Assembly: GCA_963837955.1 (NCBI GenBank)
Contig: CAWIPH010000002.1
Span: 2,976,001 to 3,040,000 of the forward strand
From: an uncultured Verrucomicrobiae bacterium
GTDB lineage: Bacteria > Verrucomicrobiota > Verrucomicrobiia > Chthoniobacterales > JAFAMB01
Reading direction: 5' to 3'
Length of the DNA stretch: 64,000 nucleotides
Positions 30,979 through 41,638 of the stretch are shown piece after piece (the stretch's first letter is position 1; each line of letters opens with the position of its first letter). Made by a program: the position numbers and the translations under genes. The notes beneath the pieces were generated by a model. It ran no database searches and was not told the origin of the DNA. It saw nothing but the letters and a program-made list of their open reading frames with translations.

Positions 30979-31998
30979 CTAGGTGGAATGCACCAAGGAA
31001 AGATAATGGTCTCTGTACTTTGGCGCGATGGCCTCTAAACCGAATTCATCTCGGGCCCGCCGGGCGAGGCTTTCGCGTCTGACCTGAGGCCATTTCCCAG
31101 CAGTCAAAATGACATTGAGATTTTGCCGTAGCGACTGGGCCGTTGGTTCAGCAATCGGCAAGCCGCCGCTATGGAGAAACTCCGACCAAGGTGTATTGAC
31201 GGTCGTAAGTACCGGAGTTCCCACTTGGCAGGCCTCGAGAACCACAAAGCCAAAGTTCTCCGAGAAAGAGGGAAGACAAAGAAGATCGGCGGCTTGAAGA
31301 TAGCGCCACTTTCGGGAATCCCAAATCGGGCCGGCAAATTCAATGGGGGGTAGATGCTCCGTATGCGCTGCGATGAATGCGCGAAGATGATCGACATAAC
31401 GAGAGGGGCCATCGCCGACGACGATAAGTCTCAGCGGATGTTGGGAAGGCGCTTGATCGAGAAGCGCTTCCAGAAAGATATGCAGTCCTTTCTTCGGATG
31501 AAGCCGAGAAAGAAAAAGAATTACAAACTCGCGATCCGAGATGTTCAATTCTCTGCGGGGACTCTCGTAGTCTGGCCCAGCCGAAGACGTAATCGGAAGC
31601 GGGATATCGACGACTCGGGTGTTAACAAATTTTCTAAGGTTGTCGCCCTCTAGTGTGCTGGTAGCCAATAAACTATCAGCCGAACTCAGGAACCTGCGTT
31701 CGAAGAGATGGTAATAGGGCCACTTTTTCCACCACTTGTGCTGCCAGGCCCAGGGCTCCAGCATGCCATGCGGAGAAATTACGTACGGTTTGCCGGCTCG
31801 GCGGCAGATTGATGCGAGCTTCTTGAAACGCGGCTGCCAAAGGCCATGAAAATGGGCCAAATCAAATTCAATCGCGGGAGAGGGCTCTACTACGACCTGG
31901 CAAGATTCCGAGTCAATGGCTTGCTGCAAGGAACTGATTGCGAGATCCAGACCACCAATTCTCTGCGCGGCTGGTGGTATGAAAAACGCTACTCTCAC
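30979..31998 (-). CDS. Glycosyltransferase family 4
   Basis: HFHGLW, SPHGML, LSRLHPKKG and ENFGFVVLEA. Confidence 0.92.
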   Translation of the reverse strand: MRVAFFIPPAAQRIGGLDLAISSLQQAIDSESCQVVVEPSPAIEFDLAHFHGLWQPRFKKLASICRRAGKPYVISPHGMLEPWAWQHKWWKKWPYYHLFERRFLSSADSLLATSTLEGDNLRKFVNTRVVDIPLPITSSAGPDYESPRRELNISDREFVILFLSRLHPKKGLHIFLEALLDQAPSQHPLRLIVVGDGPSRYVDHLRAFIAAHTEHLPPIEFAGPIWDSRKWRYLQAADLLCLPSFSENFGFVVLEACQVGTPVLTTVNTPWSEFLHSGGLPIAEPTAQSLRQNLNVILTAGKWPQVRRESLARRARDEFGLEAIAPKYRDHYLSLVHST

Positions 31999-33152
31999 TT
32001 TCTCCCCTCGATCGCAAGTCGGTAAAGCTTGAGATAATCGTCAGCCATGCGCGAAAGGGAGAATTCATTACTCGCCCGTATCCGGGCCGCTTCACCCAGC
32101 TTCTTCCTGTTTTCGGAGTCGCTTAGCCTCGAAATCCAAGTTAGATCCTTCTGGTCGATGGAGACTACTCCCGGCGTATCCCGCCAACCGAATTGTTCCG
32201 CCAAATTGCTCGTCAAAAAACAGGGAAGACCGGCCGCCATCGCTTCCAGAACGGCGAGCGGTAAGCCTTCGTATTCCGCCGTGTGCAGAAAGGCATCTGC
32301 CGCGGCATAGTAGGGATTCGGATTAGCTAGCCAAGACATCGTAAGCAGCCGATCATCGAATCGAAGTGATGCGGCAGTTCTTTCCCATTCGGTGCGCAAC
32401 CGACCATCACCGATCCAGCAGAACTTAACGTGAGGTAATTTCTGCCGAATAGTGTCGGCCAGTTTCAGAAAAAGGAGTGGACGCTTTTGTTCGACCATGC
32501 GACCGACGGCGAGAAGCAAAATCTCTCCGTTTTTAATCTGAAGCTGCGCGCGCATCGCGGCTCGATCTCTTTCGAGTTCCTGAAGACTGGGGATCTGGAC
32601 GCCGTTCACGATCGCACGCCCGCCGTTGGTGTTCCCAAGGAATGCTTCCAGACTTTTTTGGCGCTCTTCGCTCACAGCGGAAACGGGTCCACCAAACCGC
32701 CGAAGTCCCCGATATGCTACGAGGTCCCGGACCCAGGCCGATCGAGCTCTCAATGAACGAGCTGACTGGGTGATATGTACCGTGCAGACTCGCGGCAGCG
32801 CAGTATTCCGAGCTGCTGCCATCAGATCCAACCCATCTTCCAGATTTTGTTTGTTCAGGTGAATGACATCCGGTGTCAGGGCGAGCCATTCGCGACTGAT
32901 CTGAGCGGCGGTCTTTGCATCCAGGAAAGCACTCAGGCTCCGGAGACGCCGAGAGTAGGTATTCCGATAGTCACTACGAAGGACCTGCGCAAAGCTGTTA
33001 AACCGATGGGCAAGCTCATCCATCCGCTCATCCGTAGATGTCCAAAACAAAATCTCGTGACGACGACGTTTGAGCTCTTCGCCCAACGCAGCCAGAAAAA
33101 GCTCTCCGCCACCGCGCGACCCCGAGCTGCTCGACGCCAATAAAATGCGCAT
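31995..33152 (-). CDS. Glycosyltransferase family 4
   Basis: GGGE, GRMVEQKRP and EGLPLAVLEAMAAGLP. The start was moved to the ATG at 33152. Confidence 0.92.
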   Translation of the reverse strand: MRILLASSSSGSRGGGELFLAALGEELKRRRHEILFWTSTDERMDELAHRFNSFAQVLRSDYRNTYSRRLRSLSAFLDAKTAAQISREWLALTPDVIHLNKQNLEDGLDLMAAARNTALPRVCTVHITQSARSLRARSAWVRDLVAYRGLRRFGGPVSAVSEERQKSLEAFLGNTNGGRAIVNGVQIPSLQELERDRAAMRAQLQIKNGEILLLAVGRMVEQKRPLLFLKLADTIRQKLPHVKFCWIGDGRLRTEWERTAASLRFDDRLLTMSWLANPNPYYAAADAFLHTAEYEGLPLAVLEAMAAGLPCFLTSNLAEQFGWRDTPGVVSIDQKDLTWISRLSDSENRKKLGEAARIRASNEFSLSRMADDYLKLYRLAIEGRK

Positions 33153-33156
33153 GGGG

Positions 33157-34245
33157 CTAAGCAATCTGCCGGAGTAGCTGCGCCCACTTTTCGGCTCCCC
33201 GCGCAGGGGTCCAATCGACCGCTCTTTCCCGCGAAGCAACGCCCATGCGGCGAAGAAGGTCGGGATCTCGCACCAACGAGTTCATGGCAGCCGCCAGCAG
33301 TTCAACGTCGCCGGCCGGGACACGAAACCCATTCACGCCGGGCATAACCAGATCTGCCCCAGCACCAACAGCATCTGAGCAGATGATGGGAAGGCCAGCT
33401 CCCAGAGCTTGATTGACCACCACGCCCCAGCCATCGTGACGGCTTGGGAGAACAAATACGTGAGCGCGAGCGAACACGTTCGGGAGATCACTGGGACCAA
33501 CAAAACCGATGTATTCGATGTGCTCTCTTGCCTTGGCCGATGCCTGCTGCAGCATCAAGGGTAGTTCCGCCTCTCTTCCGGCCAACACCAATCGAACCTT
33601 AAGTCCCTGCGAGATCATGCGATCAAAAGCTTGAATGAGGAGGTCGACACCTTTTCGACTGATCATTTGGCCGCAGAAAAGGAAAACAGTTTCTGTGCAC
33701 GCGTTCGGAATCGCTGGACTCCGCTCAAGAAATGGTTGGAGGTCGCAATGATACGGGATGTTGAAGACTGGCACCTTCGGAAAACGACTTTGATAGGATT
33801 CCATCGCTCGTGATCCGATCGCGACGATACCATCCAGATTCCTTAATGGTGCGGTCAGGAAATCTTGAAAACCGCGGCGAAGCCTGCCCGCCTGATATCG
33901 AAGAGATTCGCCCCAAAATAGAAGACCTTGCCCCCTGCCTTTCTTGCGCAAACAGAATTGAGATAAAGAAGAAGTGAGCGAATTGAGAACCAGGATCTTA
34001 TGACGCTTGAGAACAGGGTGTCGGAGTACACAGTGAAATCTCGCGTTCGCGACCGAGAACCAGAATCCAGGGAGAACGGTCTCGTAGGGCTCCAAAGGTT
34101 TTTCTGGCCAAGGGGAATCCGGGGCGGCCCGTTCCAGGTAGTAGACATGGAGTTGAAGGCTCGGGTGCGCAGCTATCGCGCGGAAGAGATCGCGCTGATA
34201 CGGTGAAGGAACGACGGAAACAATCGCAAGATCGAGTCCGCTCAT
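33157..34245 (-). CDS. Glycosyltransferase family 4
   Basis: GQMISRKGVD and DGWGVVVNQALGAGLP. The ATG at 34245 overlaps the upstream stop. Confidence 0.92.
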   Translation of the reverse strand: MSGLDLAIVSVVPSPYQRDLFRAIAAHPSLQLHVYYLERAAPDSPWPEKPLEPYETVLPGFWFSVANARFHCVLRHPVLKRHKILVLNSLTSSLSQFCLRKKGRGQGLLFWGESLRYQAGRLRRGFQDFLTAPLRNLDGIVAIGSRAMESYQSRFPKVPVFNIPYHCDLQPFLERSPAIPNACTETVFLFCGQMISRKGVDLLIQAFDRMISQGLKVRLVLAGREAELPLMLQQASAKAREHIEYIGFVGPSDLPNVFARAHVFVLPSRHDGWGVVVNQALGAGLPIICSDAVGAGADLVMPGVNGFRVPAGDVELLAAAMNSLVRDPDLLRRMGVASRERAVDWTPARGAEKWAQLLRQIA

Positions 34246-35681
34246 GTTTCTTTGGCAGGGGACGAAATGTCGGAGGTCAAATCGCTTGGCACAGTGGTTC
34301 GTCGAGTGAAGACAAGTGCCAAGATTATCGAGGCAGCCGTGGGCAATGCTGCGGTCGTTAAGGCAAACAGGCTCCGCATCGAGATGGCCATGGCCAGAAA
34401 TCCTGACGCGTAAATCAGAAAGCCAAATTCTGACCGAACTAACGACACTAGTTTCCCCCACCAACTCGCGAGCATACCAAAAAAGAGACCAGCTAAGACC
34501 ACACCCCAGGAGCCTCCGGCGATATAAGCCTCGCCGATGTAAGTTGTCGAAACGGTCATCCCATTGCTGACATCAAGGGCGTCTTCCAGCGACAAACTCA
34601 AACCCTGAGGCTTGCCAGGCCAAAGAGCTCGCGGAACAGGTCCGACTAACGCGATATAAGGAACTTCTAAGCCGAGAAATCGATAATTATCTGGGAACGT
34701 CTTTGTTAGTTCACCGATATTCACGAGATTCAAGTCAACGAAGAAAGTTGATGGCTGTTCGTTTACCCGCCCGGAGCGAGCCCCATTTATAAAGTATTCT
34801 TTCAAACCGATGGTTCGAGTGGTCAACATAATCGGCGAAGCTAGAAAAAATCCGATTGCCGCCAAACCGCACAAAACCAAGAATTCTGGATATCGATTTC
34901 GCGCGGTATTAACCCCGTAAGCAATCAGAAAAGTAATAAGGTAAGTAGCGAGCAGGTTTCGTGTCGAACCGGCAAAGGCTTGGAAAATGCAGAAGACAAC
35001 TCCCAGAGTGACGAGCGCAACGGTCAAAAAGCCGTACCTTTCTCGGCGAGCCAGGATCAGGCCGCCCAGAGGCGGCACCAGCTGGATTACCTCCCCCACT
35101 TGATTTAAGAGCGCCTTCCAATCCCCATACTTTCCTCTTCCCCAGCTTTGGGTAAATCGCGGTCCCATCATCTGGTCAATCATCGCGAAGACGTTGAAGT
35201 TGACCGCCAGCAACATGTAGAGTGTCCCAAAGAGCAGGCTAATGCCGAACACCCAAAGCAGGGCGGCAGACGGAGTAGGCTGCTGAACGATCCTGGTAAG
35301 GGCCCTTGGCATCGGAGGAGCGAAATGCCGCCCAACGGCCATCGCCCCGAACGCCATCAAGCAAAGCCAACAAGCGTAATACATCGATGTACGCGTCGTC
35401 ATGTCGTTCACCGCACCTTGGGGGAGCAGGAATTCGAAAAAAGTAAGAAAATACAGAACGCTGAAGGCGAGCGTATCCGGACGCAGCAGAACTCGCCAAT
35501 TCTGTCTCCATTCGATGGCAACCGCGCCCACTAAGGTAATCCCAACGCCCACCGCACCATGGCTGGCGATCTCTTCCGGTGTTGGAGCTGGGAGAATAAA
35601 ATAGGTAATGATGAGACCCAGAATCCAAAAGGTCGTCGCCAAAAAATAGGGCTTATTCTCTCGAGGTAGAAATTCAGGCAT
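34242..35681 (-). CDS. Wzy-like oligosaccharide repeat-unit polymerase (polytopic membrane protein)
   Basis: About 11 TM segments, GSTR, periplasmic loop with VPRALWPGKP and TYIGEAY..GG; embedded among GTs. Confidence 0.7.
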   Translation of the reverse strand: MPEFLPRENKPYFLATTFWILGLIITYFILPAPTPEEIASHGAVGVGITLVGAVAIEWRQNWRVLLRPDTLAFSVLYFLTFFEFLLPQGAVNDMTTRTSMYYACWLCLMAFGAMAVGRHFAPPMPRALTRIVQQPTPSAALLWVFGISLLFGTLYMLLAVNFNVFAMIDQMMGPRFTQSWGRGKYGDWKALLNQVGEVIQLVPPLGGLILARRERYGFLTVALVTLGVVFCIFQAFAGSTRNLLATYLITFLIAYGVNTARNRYPEFLVLCGLAAIGFFLASPIMLTTRTIGLKEYFINGARSGRVNEQPSTFFVDLNLVNIGELTKTFPDNYRFLGLEVPYIALVGPVPRALWPGKPQGLSLSLEDALDVSNGMTVSTTYIGEAYIAGGSWGVVLAGLFFGMLASWWGKLVSLVRSEFGFLIYASGFLAMAISMRSLFALTTAALPTAASIILALVFTRRTTVPSDLTSDISSPAKET

Positions 35682-35689
35682 AAAACAGA

Positions 35690-36835
35690 CTAAATTTGGC
35701 CGGTTTCACTCTTTATTGCCCTACTCGACTGCACCATCAAATCCCGCGCTGACTTTTCCCAGGAGAAGTCGCCATCGACAATTCTCCGTTCTTCCGCCCA
35801 AATCCGCAGCTCGTGCAGCAACCCGATATGGTCCTGCACAGGGAAGATCGAGCCGTTCTTTCCCGGTTCTATAAGGTCTTTCGCGCCAACTCGATCGCTA
35901 ACAATACAAGGAATACCGGAGGCTAAAGCTTGCGCGACAACCAAGCCGAACCCTTCTTCCAATGAGGGAAGAACAAGCACCGATGCTTCTCTCATGGCTT
36001 GGGCCAATTGGCTTTGAGGCACGGCGCCATGGAAGTGCAGAGGTATCACGCCCCGATACTCTTTGAGATCGGTGGACACCTCAGGGCCGATCGTACCGTA
36101 GAAGTCGACTTCCCAAGGCTCTGCACCCGCCGCCCGGAGCGCATCCAATAGCGTTCGAACCCCTTTTCGCAAGCTCAACTTGCCCGCAAAAATAATACGG
36201 AACTGCCCCGTGTCTTTACCTGTTTTACGCCAAAAAACAGATCGGTCCACCCCGTAGGGCACTAGCCAGATTTTTTGACGGTCGATTCCGATGCCCATTA
36301 ACTGCTCGCGAACCAGCGTCGACGCTACGCAATGCAAATCAGCAAGCGCGTATTCTTCCTTCTCTCTCTCGAGGTAAATGTCGTCGTAGACTGTCATTCG
36401 CTTGATATCAGTTCCGATCCTTTCGTATTCGGCCCTCATGACCTGAATCCAGTGACTTGAGGGCCCGGTAGCATGATTTAGTACGGCCTTAATCCCTAAT
36501 TCTTTAGCCCGACGAAAGGTTTTCAGGCATTGCCCTGGCAAACCATGAATGAAGTCGTAGGATCGAAGTTGGCCCGCTACCCAGCCGTCAAAGGCTTGGT
36601 CTTGCCACAAAAATAAGGTGCGGTTGGCGAAACGGTATTTTTCCGGCAGGCGAAGCAGCGCGTACGTCATCACTGTGCGAAAGCTGTGGGTATGAAGATC
36701 GCCCGGATAGGGCGGTCGCAACTTCCACTTAGGATACCCGCTGAAATACGAAACGTTCTTGGCTAACGCACCGAGGGCCTGTGCCAGGGGATAAAGATGA
36801 CATGGATTAGTTGCTGCAAAAGCTAGATTAAGCAC
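35690..36835 (-). CDS. Glycosyltransferase family 4
   Basis: GKLSLRKG and EEGFGLVVAQALASGIP. Probable GTG start at 36835. Confidence 0.9.
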   Translation of the reverse strand: MLNLAFAATNPCHLYPLAQALGALAKNVSYFSGYPKWKLRPPYPGDLHTHSFRTVMTYALLRLPEKYRFANRTLFLWQDQAFDGWVAGQLRSYDFIHGLPGQCLKTFRRAKELGIKAVLNHATGPSSHWIQVMRAEYERIGTDIKRMTVYDDIYLEREKEEYALADLHCVASTLVREQLMGIGIDRQKIWLVPYGVDRSVFWRKTGKDTGQFRIIFAGKLSLRKGVRTLLDALRAAGAEPWEVDFYGTIGPEVSTDLKEYRGVIPLHFHGAVPQSQLAQAMREASVLVLPSLEEGFGLVVAQALASGIPCIVSDRVGAKDLIEPGKNGSIFPVQDHIGLLHELRIWAEERRIVDGDFSWEKSARDLMVQSSRAIKSETGQI

Positions 36836-37787
36836 GTTCGAGAAGATTCTTGATTTGCTCCAACGGCAGAGGGCCGGTTCGCCGCAACAAACGAAAGGCC
36901 CGATACGCGTTACGAGAGACGGCGGCTCGATTTCGCGCATTCCGTAAGCAGGCCGGAATGGATTCCAATAATCCCTTCGACGCGAGAAGCAGAGCGTGGC
37001 GCCTAGCGGCGTACAAGCTTGTCTTCAACACGGTTGCAGGCAGATGGAACAGGATTGACGGAGCCGGTACGTTGAGATAGGTGAAGAGCACGATGTTTCG
37101 CGCTCCCAAGCGCCATAAACGTTCCTTGTTTCGAATGGCTGATTCATGGTGGTGAATCAGCACCTCGTGCCCACTTCGAATCATCCAGCCGTTATTCAAT
37201 AACCGAATAGCCAAATCAGCTTCTTCATGATGCATGAAGTAGGCCTCTCGATAACCGTTAATCGCCGCGTAGGCCGCACGTCGAAAAATCACCATCCCAG
37301 CGTAATAATCAACAGTCGCGAAGACACCTTCGTTGGCCGGAGCAGCCGTCCGGATGCCATCTGCTTGCGGCAGGTTGACGAAAGGCAGCGTCACCGCCGC
37401 GATGGTAGGATCAACGAACCAGGTCAAGGCCAGCTCGATACTATCGGGCCTCGCCAAGACGCAGTCGTCATCAAGCGTGACCAGATATTCCCCGGTGGCC
37501 AACCGAGCTGCCTCATTGCGCGAGGCCGCCGGGCCCACATTGGTCTCATGGTGTTTGACAACTACATTGGGAAAAGACTGTTCGATGAACTTCGTAGTTC
37601 CGTCCGTGGAGGCGTCATCGATACACACCACTTGACAAACAATCGTTTGAGCGGCAACCGAAGCTAACACGCGACCGAGGGACTCTTTCCGATTCCGGGT
37701 AGCAATCAAGACGGTCACCGTTGATCGAACTTGCGATCCGACTAATTCACCGTTCTCGGAGAGAGAATCTGTTTTCAAGACGGGCAA
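36828..37787 (-). CDS. Glycosyltransferase family 2
   Basis: IATRNR, IDDASTDGT, LDDD and EEADLAIR. Start uncertain. Confidence 0.9.
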   Translation of the reverse strand: MPVLKTDSLSENGELVGSQVRSTVTVLIATRNRKESLGRVLASVAAQTIVCQVVCIDDASTDGTTKFIEQSFPNVVVKHHETNVGPAASRNEAARLATGEYLVTLDDDCVLARPDSIELALTWFVDPTIAAVTLPFVNLPQADGIRTAAPANEGVFATVDYYAGMVIFRRAAYAAINGYREAYFMHHEEADLAIRLLNNGWMIRSGHEVLIHHHESAIRNKERLWRLGARNIVLFTYLNVPAPSILFHLPATVLKTSLYAARRHALLLASKGLLESIPACLRNARNRAAVSRNAYRAFRLLRRTGPLPLEQIKNLLERA

Positions 37788-37848
37788 CTATCTTTCTACG
37801 CACTTTAGAAGTTTCCAGACGAAAACCAACTTATCGCGCAAAAGAAAA

Positions 37849-38772
37849 TCAGCCTCGCGCAGCTCGCGCTATTCTTTCGGCTAACCCAAAACCAAGGCAC
37901 CGCAACGCAATTTTATACTTCCATGGAGCGACATCGTTTGCGGTAGCAATAAGACCCTCTCCCTTGCGTTGCTTGTAGTATTGAGTGGCATACCGGATGT
38001 CCTGAACTGCCAGCTGCCGAGCTTGTCTGAAAAATTGTTGGGACGCAATTTGCTGATAGCGAGGTGTAAGCCGGTTTCTCTCTTTGAGCCAATCGAGGAA
38101 CTCATAAATCAAGCTGGTCATTAAATTGATTACTGCGCGTTTGTCGTTGCGACAGACGGTCGATTCTGACCAAATTCGATATACCGAAAGCGGTTCGCCC
38201 GCTTGAACAAATCGCAAACCGCCACGAAACGCGCGTAAGTAGAGCTCGTACTCCTGGTTGCAACGAACGGCTTCATTCCAGCCTCCAATTTCTCTCAGCG
38301 CCTCCGTTTTCCAAACTGCACCACCCGTTTGTGGCATCGACCAGCTAATCCAAAGTGCATACCAATCTATTGGTGAAGGGAAAGTCCTGACGATGCGGTC
38401 AGCCATTGTGCCGTTGACCCATCGTTCCTCCACCGTCGGGCTGCACAGAACGTCTGCGTCGGACCGAGGCGCCGAAAGCTGAGAAGATATCTTCTCTGGC
38501 AATAAGTAGTCGTCGGCATCAAGAAATTGAATCCACTCACCCGTAGCTCGAGCCAGTCCTAGATTGCGGGCTGCGTTTCCGCCCAGATGATCCTGGGATA
38601 GAAAGGTGACTTGTTCTCCGAATTCACGACAGATTTCGGGGGTGCTATCGGTGGAGCCGTCATCAATCACCACGATTTCTTTATCGGACCAAGTCTGGTC
38701 GATAGCCGACTGGATCGAATTCCTGATCCATTGAGCACAGTTATATACCGGGATGGCAATCGTGACCTTCAT
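37849..38772 (-). CDS. Glycosyltransferase family 2
   Basis: IPVYN, IDDGSTD and FLDADD. Paralog of 23542-24489. Confidence 0.92.
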   Translation of the reverse strand: MKVTIAIPVYNCAQWIRNSIQSAIDQTWSDKEIVVIDDGSTDSTPEICREFGEQVTFLSQDHLGGNAARNLGLARATGEWIQFLDADDYLLPEKISSQLSAPRSDADVLCSPTVEERWVNGTMADRIVRTFPSPIDWYALWISWSMPQTGGAVWKTEALREIGGWNEAVRCNQEYELYLRAFRGGLRFVQAGEPLSVYRIWSESTVCRNDKRAVINLMTSLIYEFLDWLKERNRLTPRYQQIASQQFFRQARQLAVQDIRYATQYYKQRKGEGLIATANDVAPWKYKIALRCLGFGLAERIARAARG

Positions 38773-38802
38773 TTTCTGATTCGGTCCCTCCTGGTTAACA
38801 TT

Positions 38803-39651
38803 TTAAGATGCATTACTCGAAAGAAAGGATCTACATATCCCTTTCACACGGCTAACCAGCACCGCTGCCCCCCATTTCATCCATTGCAATTTAGAAACCG
38901 CGAATCGGCGCTCCAAAAAATATAGGCGCGGTATCGCCCATTGACTAAATTCGCTGCTCATGACGAAGGGCTCGGTTGTACAAGCCGAAAGAAAACCAGC
39001 CTCCCGTACGATATCGAGTAATGCCTTATTGTGGTCGCCGTACGGAAAAGCAAAGTGCTGCATCGGGACCGCGAAAAGATCCTCCAGTTTCTTCTTGGAA
39101 TCGACGATCTCCCGCTTTGCCTGATCGAGAGTCAATGCAGTCAGGTGAGGATGCGTCAACGTATGCGCTCCAATCTCATGCCCCAGACTCAGCCAATCCT
39201 TAACTTGCGATCGATCCATCAACGGCTCCATGGTGCTACCCTTATCGCGATCCCATTCGTTGTGTTGGCCAAGCCGATTCGCCACCAGAAACTGGATTGC
39301 GGTTAGGTCGTGCTCGCGTAGCGGAATGCCCGCAAGCTCTAAGGTTGCGGCAAAACCGTCGTCGAAGGTAATGACTGCTCTCTTTTGTGAGCTAGAGAAC
39401 CGAGTTTTGATGAGTTCGGTCAATGAGATGACCCGAAATTGGGAGCGAGTAAGCTCCCCTGCCAATCTGCGGAACGTCTCGTGCGAAACGTAGAGCCATG
39501 AATGTGACGCATTTCTCGATGGCACTCCGACCCTATGAAATAGCAGCACCGGTGTTCCAATTTTACTGGCTACTTCGAGATCGTTCAGTCTAGTGACGAC
39601 AGATTCCCACAGTCCCCCTCCCACGATCGCGGCAGTCAGCTTCGGCTTCAT
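38803..39651 (-). CDS. Polysaccharide deacetylase (CE4/NodB-like)
   Basis: LLFHRV, ITFDDG, HTLTH and FAFPYG. Confidence 0.9.
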   Translation of the reverse strand: MKPKLTAAIVGGGLWESVVTRLNDLEVASKIGTPVLLFHRVGVPSRNASHSWLYVSHETFRRLAGELTRSQFRVISLTELIKTRFSSSQKRAVITFDDGFAATLELAGIPLREHDLTAIQFLVANRLGQHNEWDRDKGSTMEPLMDRSQVKDWLSLGHEIGAHTLTHPHLTALTLDQAKREIVDSKKKLEDLFAVPMQHFAFPYGDHNKALLDIVREAGFLSACTTEPFVMSSEFSQWAIPRLYFLERRFAVSKLQWMKWGAAVLVSRVKGICRSFLSSNAS

Positions 39652-40700
39652 CTTTTGTACTCCGCCAGCTCCTGATAAATTGCCGCCGTCCGCTCGGCAA
39701 CTAATGACCAGCGGGTCGAGAACCGCCAGGCACTCGCTTCCTCAGGATTTCTTGGGGCATTGATAGCGCAATGCAGTAACTGCGAAAATTCTTCATCCAG
39801 ATTGTGAAATCGGAAAACCATCGGTGACGGCTCCCCCAGATCGACCGTGCGTAGCCGCTCCGGCAGCAGCACCGGAATCCCAGCAGATCGCGCCAGAGCA
39901 GCCGAGCCAGAGGTCAGGATCGAGGAATAGTTAAAAACGGCACAATCGACCGCACCTAGAAGCTGGCTCAGTTCCAGATCGCTCAGCTCTCTGGGCGTGA
40001 ATGTTATATGGCCTGGTATGGCTCGGGCTTGCAATTCGGCCAGATAGGACGCTTCCGAAGAATCGCCGGCAATGATTAAATGCGTTGTTGGTCGAGCCAC
40101 TCTCCAATAATCGACTACCTCATCAATTCCTTTATACCGCTCTATGCGGCCGAACATGAGCGCGTACTTGCAATCGGGTCGAAGACCAAGCTTTGTCCGA
40201 CTTTTTGATTGAGGTGGCGGAGTTGGCAGCGCCTCCAGAAGATCGCCGTGTGGAATGACTCGAATTTTTTCCGGCGACAAATTCGCAGCTTTCGCAATGA
40301 CCTGTTTCGCCTCATCAGAGTGCGCTATGATTGTGCCGGCTCGATGATAAGTGAATTTAATGAGAGGGTCGATCAACGATTCGATGCCGTGAGTCTTCAG
40401 ATTATGAGCCGTTACAACGAGAGGATGAAGCTTGGTCGCCAAAACAAGGTCAAGCGGGTAGCGTCCACGCCTAACCTGTTGGTGGATCGGGCCGCCGAAC
40501 TTGAAGTAATGCTCCGGCCAATGCAGGTGAAGAATTGCGTTTCGTGCTCGTCGCAGACTGCGCCAAAGTGGCAGTCCCCTTCGATATTCGTTAAGAAATT
40601 GCACTGGAAATCCAAGCGCTCGAAGAGCGTTGGCCAGCAGGGTCTGATACGGATTCCCCGCAGTATAGTCAGGCGCAAAAATGATCCGATAATCCATCAA
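39648..40700 (-). CDS. Glycosyltransferase, GT-B/GT4-like
   Basis: NPYQ, LHLHW, IPHG and FGRIERYKG. Paralog of 12534-13580. Confidence 0.87.
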   Translation of the reverse strand: MMDYRIIFAPDYTAGNPYQTLLANALRALGFPVQFLNEYRRGLPLWRSLRRARNAILHLHWPEHYFKFGGPIHQQVRRGRYPLDLVLATKLHPLVVTAHNLKTHGIESLIDPLIKFTYHRAGTIIAHSDEAKQVIAKAANLSPEKIRVIPHGDLLEALPTPPPQSKSRTKLGLRPDCKYALMFGRIERYKGIDEVVDYWRVARPTTHLIIAGDSSEASYLAELQARAIPGHITFTPRELSDLELSQLLGAVDCAVFNYSSILTSGSAALARSAGIPVLLPERLRTVDLGEPSPMVFRFHNLDEEFSQLLHCAINAPRNPEEASAWRFSTRWSLVAERTAAIYQELAEYKR

Positions 40701-40717
40701 ACGATGTGCCGGCTCCT

Positions 40718-41638
40718 TTAAAAGGCCCGGCGGAACCTTTTCAGAAGGCGCGCACTTGTCAGCGCCAATCCCTCAGCATAAAAACGTTGCCGCACAGCGC
40801 CGATGTAGTGGCGCATGATGATATCCGGCGGAGCTTCGGCCGTGATCGTTACCGAGTAAGATGAAGGCAACAACTGGGATGGTTGGCAGGCCGCTGCAAT
40901 TGCGAAGAGGGTTTGCTCATAGGTCCAACGACGCTCCGTTTCCAAAAGAGCCGTCTTAACGATTGCTTCAGCCAGGAATTCAGGGTCAATGAAATCAGCG
41001 GAGATTGCGCAAATCCCGCTATTAAGCTTGGAAATCGGTTTCACGCCGACTCGTGCCTCTATCGCCTCCGGCGGAACGGCAGATGCCTCTTTAACGTCAG
41101 TCAAAAAATAATTGGGGCTTTTCATACGCGTCGCCCATTGAAGAATTTCGGTCGGGCGCCGAAAGAAAATCATATCGCAATCCAGGATAAGTCTCTTGCC
41201 TGGGGGACCAAGCAGCGGGGCATCAAGTAGTTTCAAAGCGAGTGGAAGTCTCCTTCGAAGTTCCAGCAAAACCGGCCACCGCCGAAGCGTCTCGGTCAAT
41301 TGAGCATCTGCTTCCGGTCGACTGACCATCTTCGCATCGGGAGCCACGTTTGCGATAGCTCGCCAAATAGGCTCATTACACGAACCGTCATCGTGGAAAA
41401 CCACTGGCCATGACTGATCGGTCACGTCGAAGAAAGACGCTAACATCCAGAGACCCAACATCCAGTATTCACTCCCTATCACGACGTGGAGAGCGACATC
41501 CTTGTTGTCAGCGGTTCCGGGCAGCCGTAGGCCCAACACGCGGTTGAGCGTGAAATAGTCGTGCCAAGTCGCTCCGAGCCCCCGCCGAATGTCGCGCCGG
41601 AGCCGCCAATAGAGATGTCCCGGACTCGGAAAGTTCAC
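40718..41638 (-). CDS. Putative GT-A fold (GT8-like) nucleotide-sugar transferase
   Basis: HDDG, LDCDMIFF (DxD), LNSG, EQT and C-terminal HY, resembling the GT8 motif order; operon context. Confidence 0.55.
   Translation of the reverse strand: MNFPSPGHLYWRLRRDIRRGLGATWHDYFTLNRVLGLRLPGTADNKDVALHVVIGSEYWMLGLWMLASFFDVTDQSWPVVFHDDGSCNEPIWRAIANVAPDAKMVSRPEADAQLTETLRRWPVLLELRRRLPLALKLLDAPLLGPPGKRLILDCDMIFFRRPTEILQWATRMKSPNYFLTDVKEASAVPPEAIEARVGVKPISKLNSGICAISADFIDPEFLAEAIVKTALLETERRWTYEQTLFAIAAACQPSQLLPSSYSVTITAEAPPDIIMRHYIGAVRQRFYAEGLALTSARLLKRFRRAF

Noticed and set aside
27684..36940. Long N-terminal extensions of wza and several GT4 ORFs overlapping upstream genes
   Set aside because: Downstream ATG/GTG starts fit family N-termini and overlap the upstream stops, so the extensions are ORF-caller artefacts.
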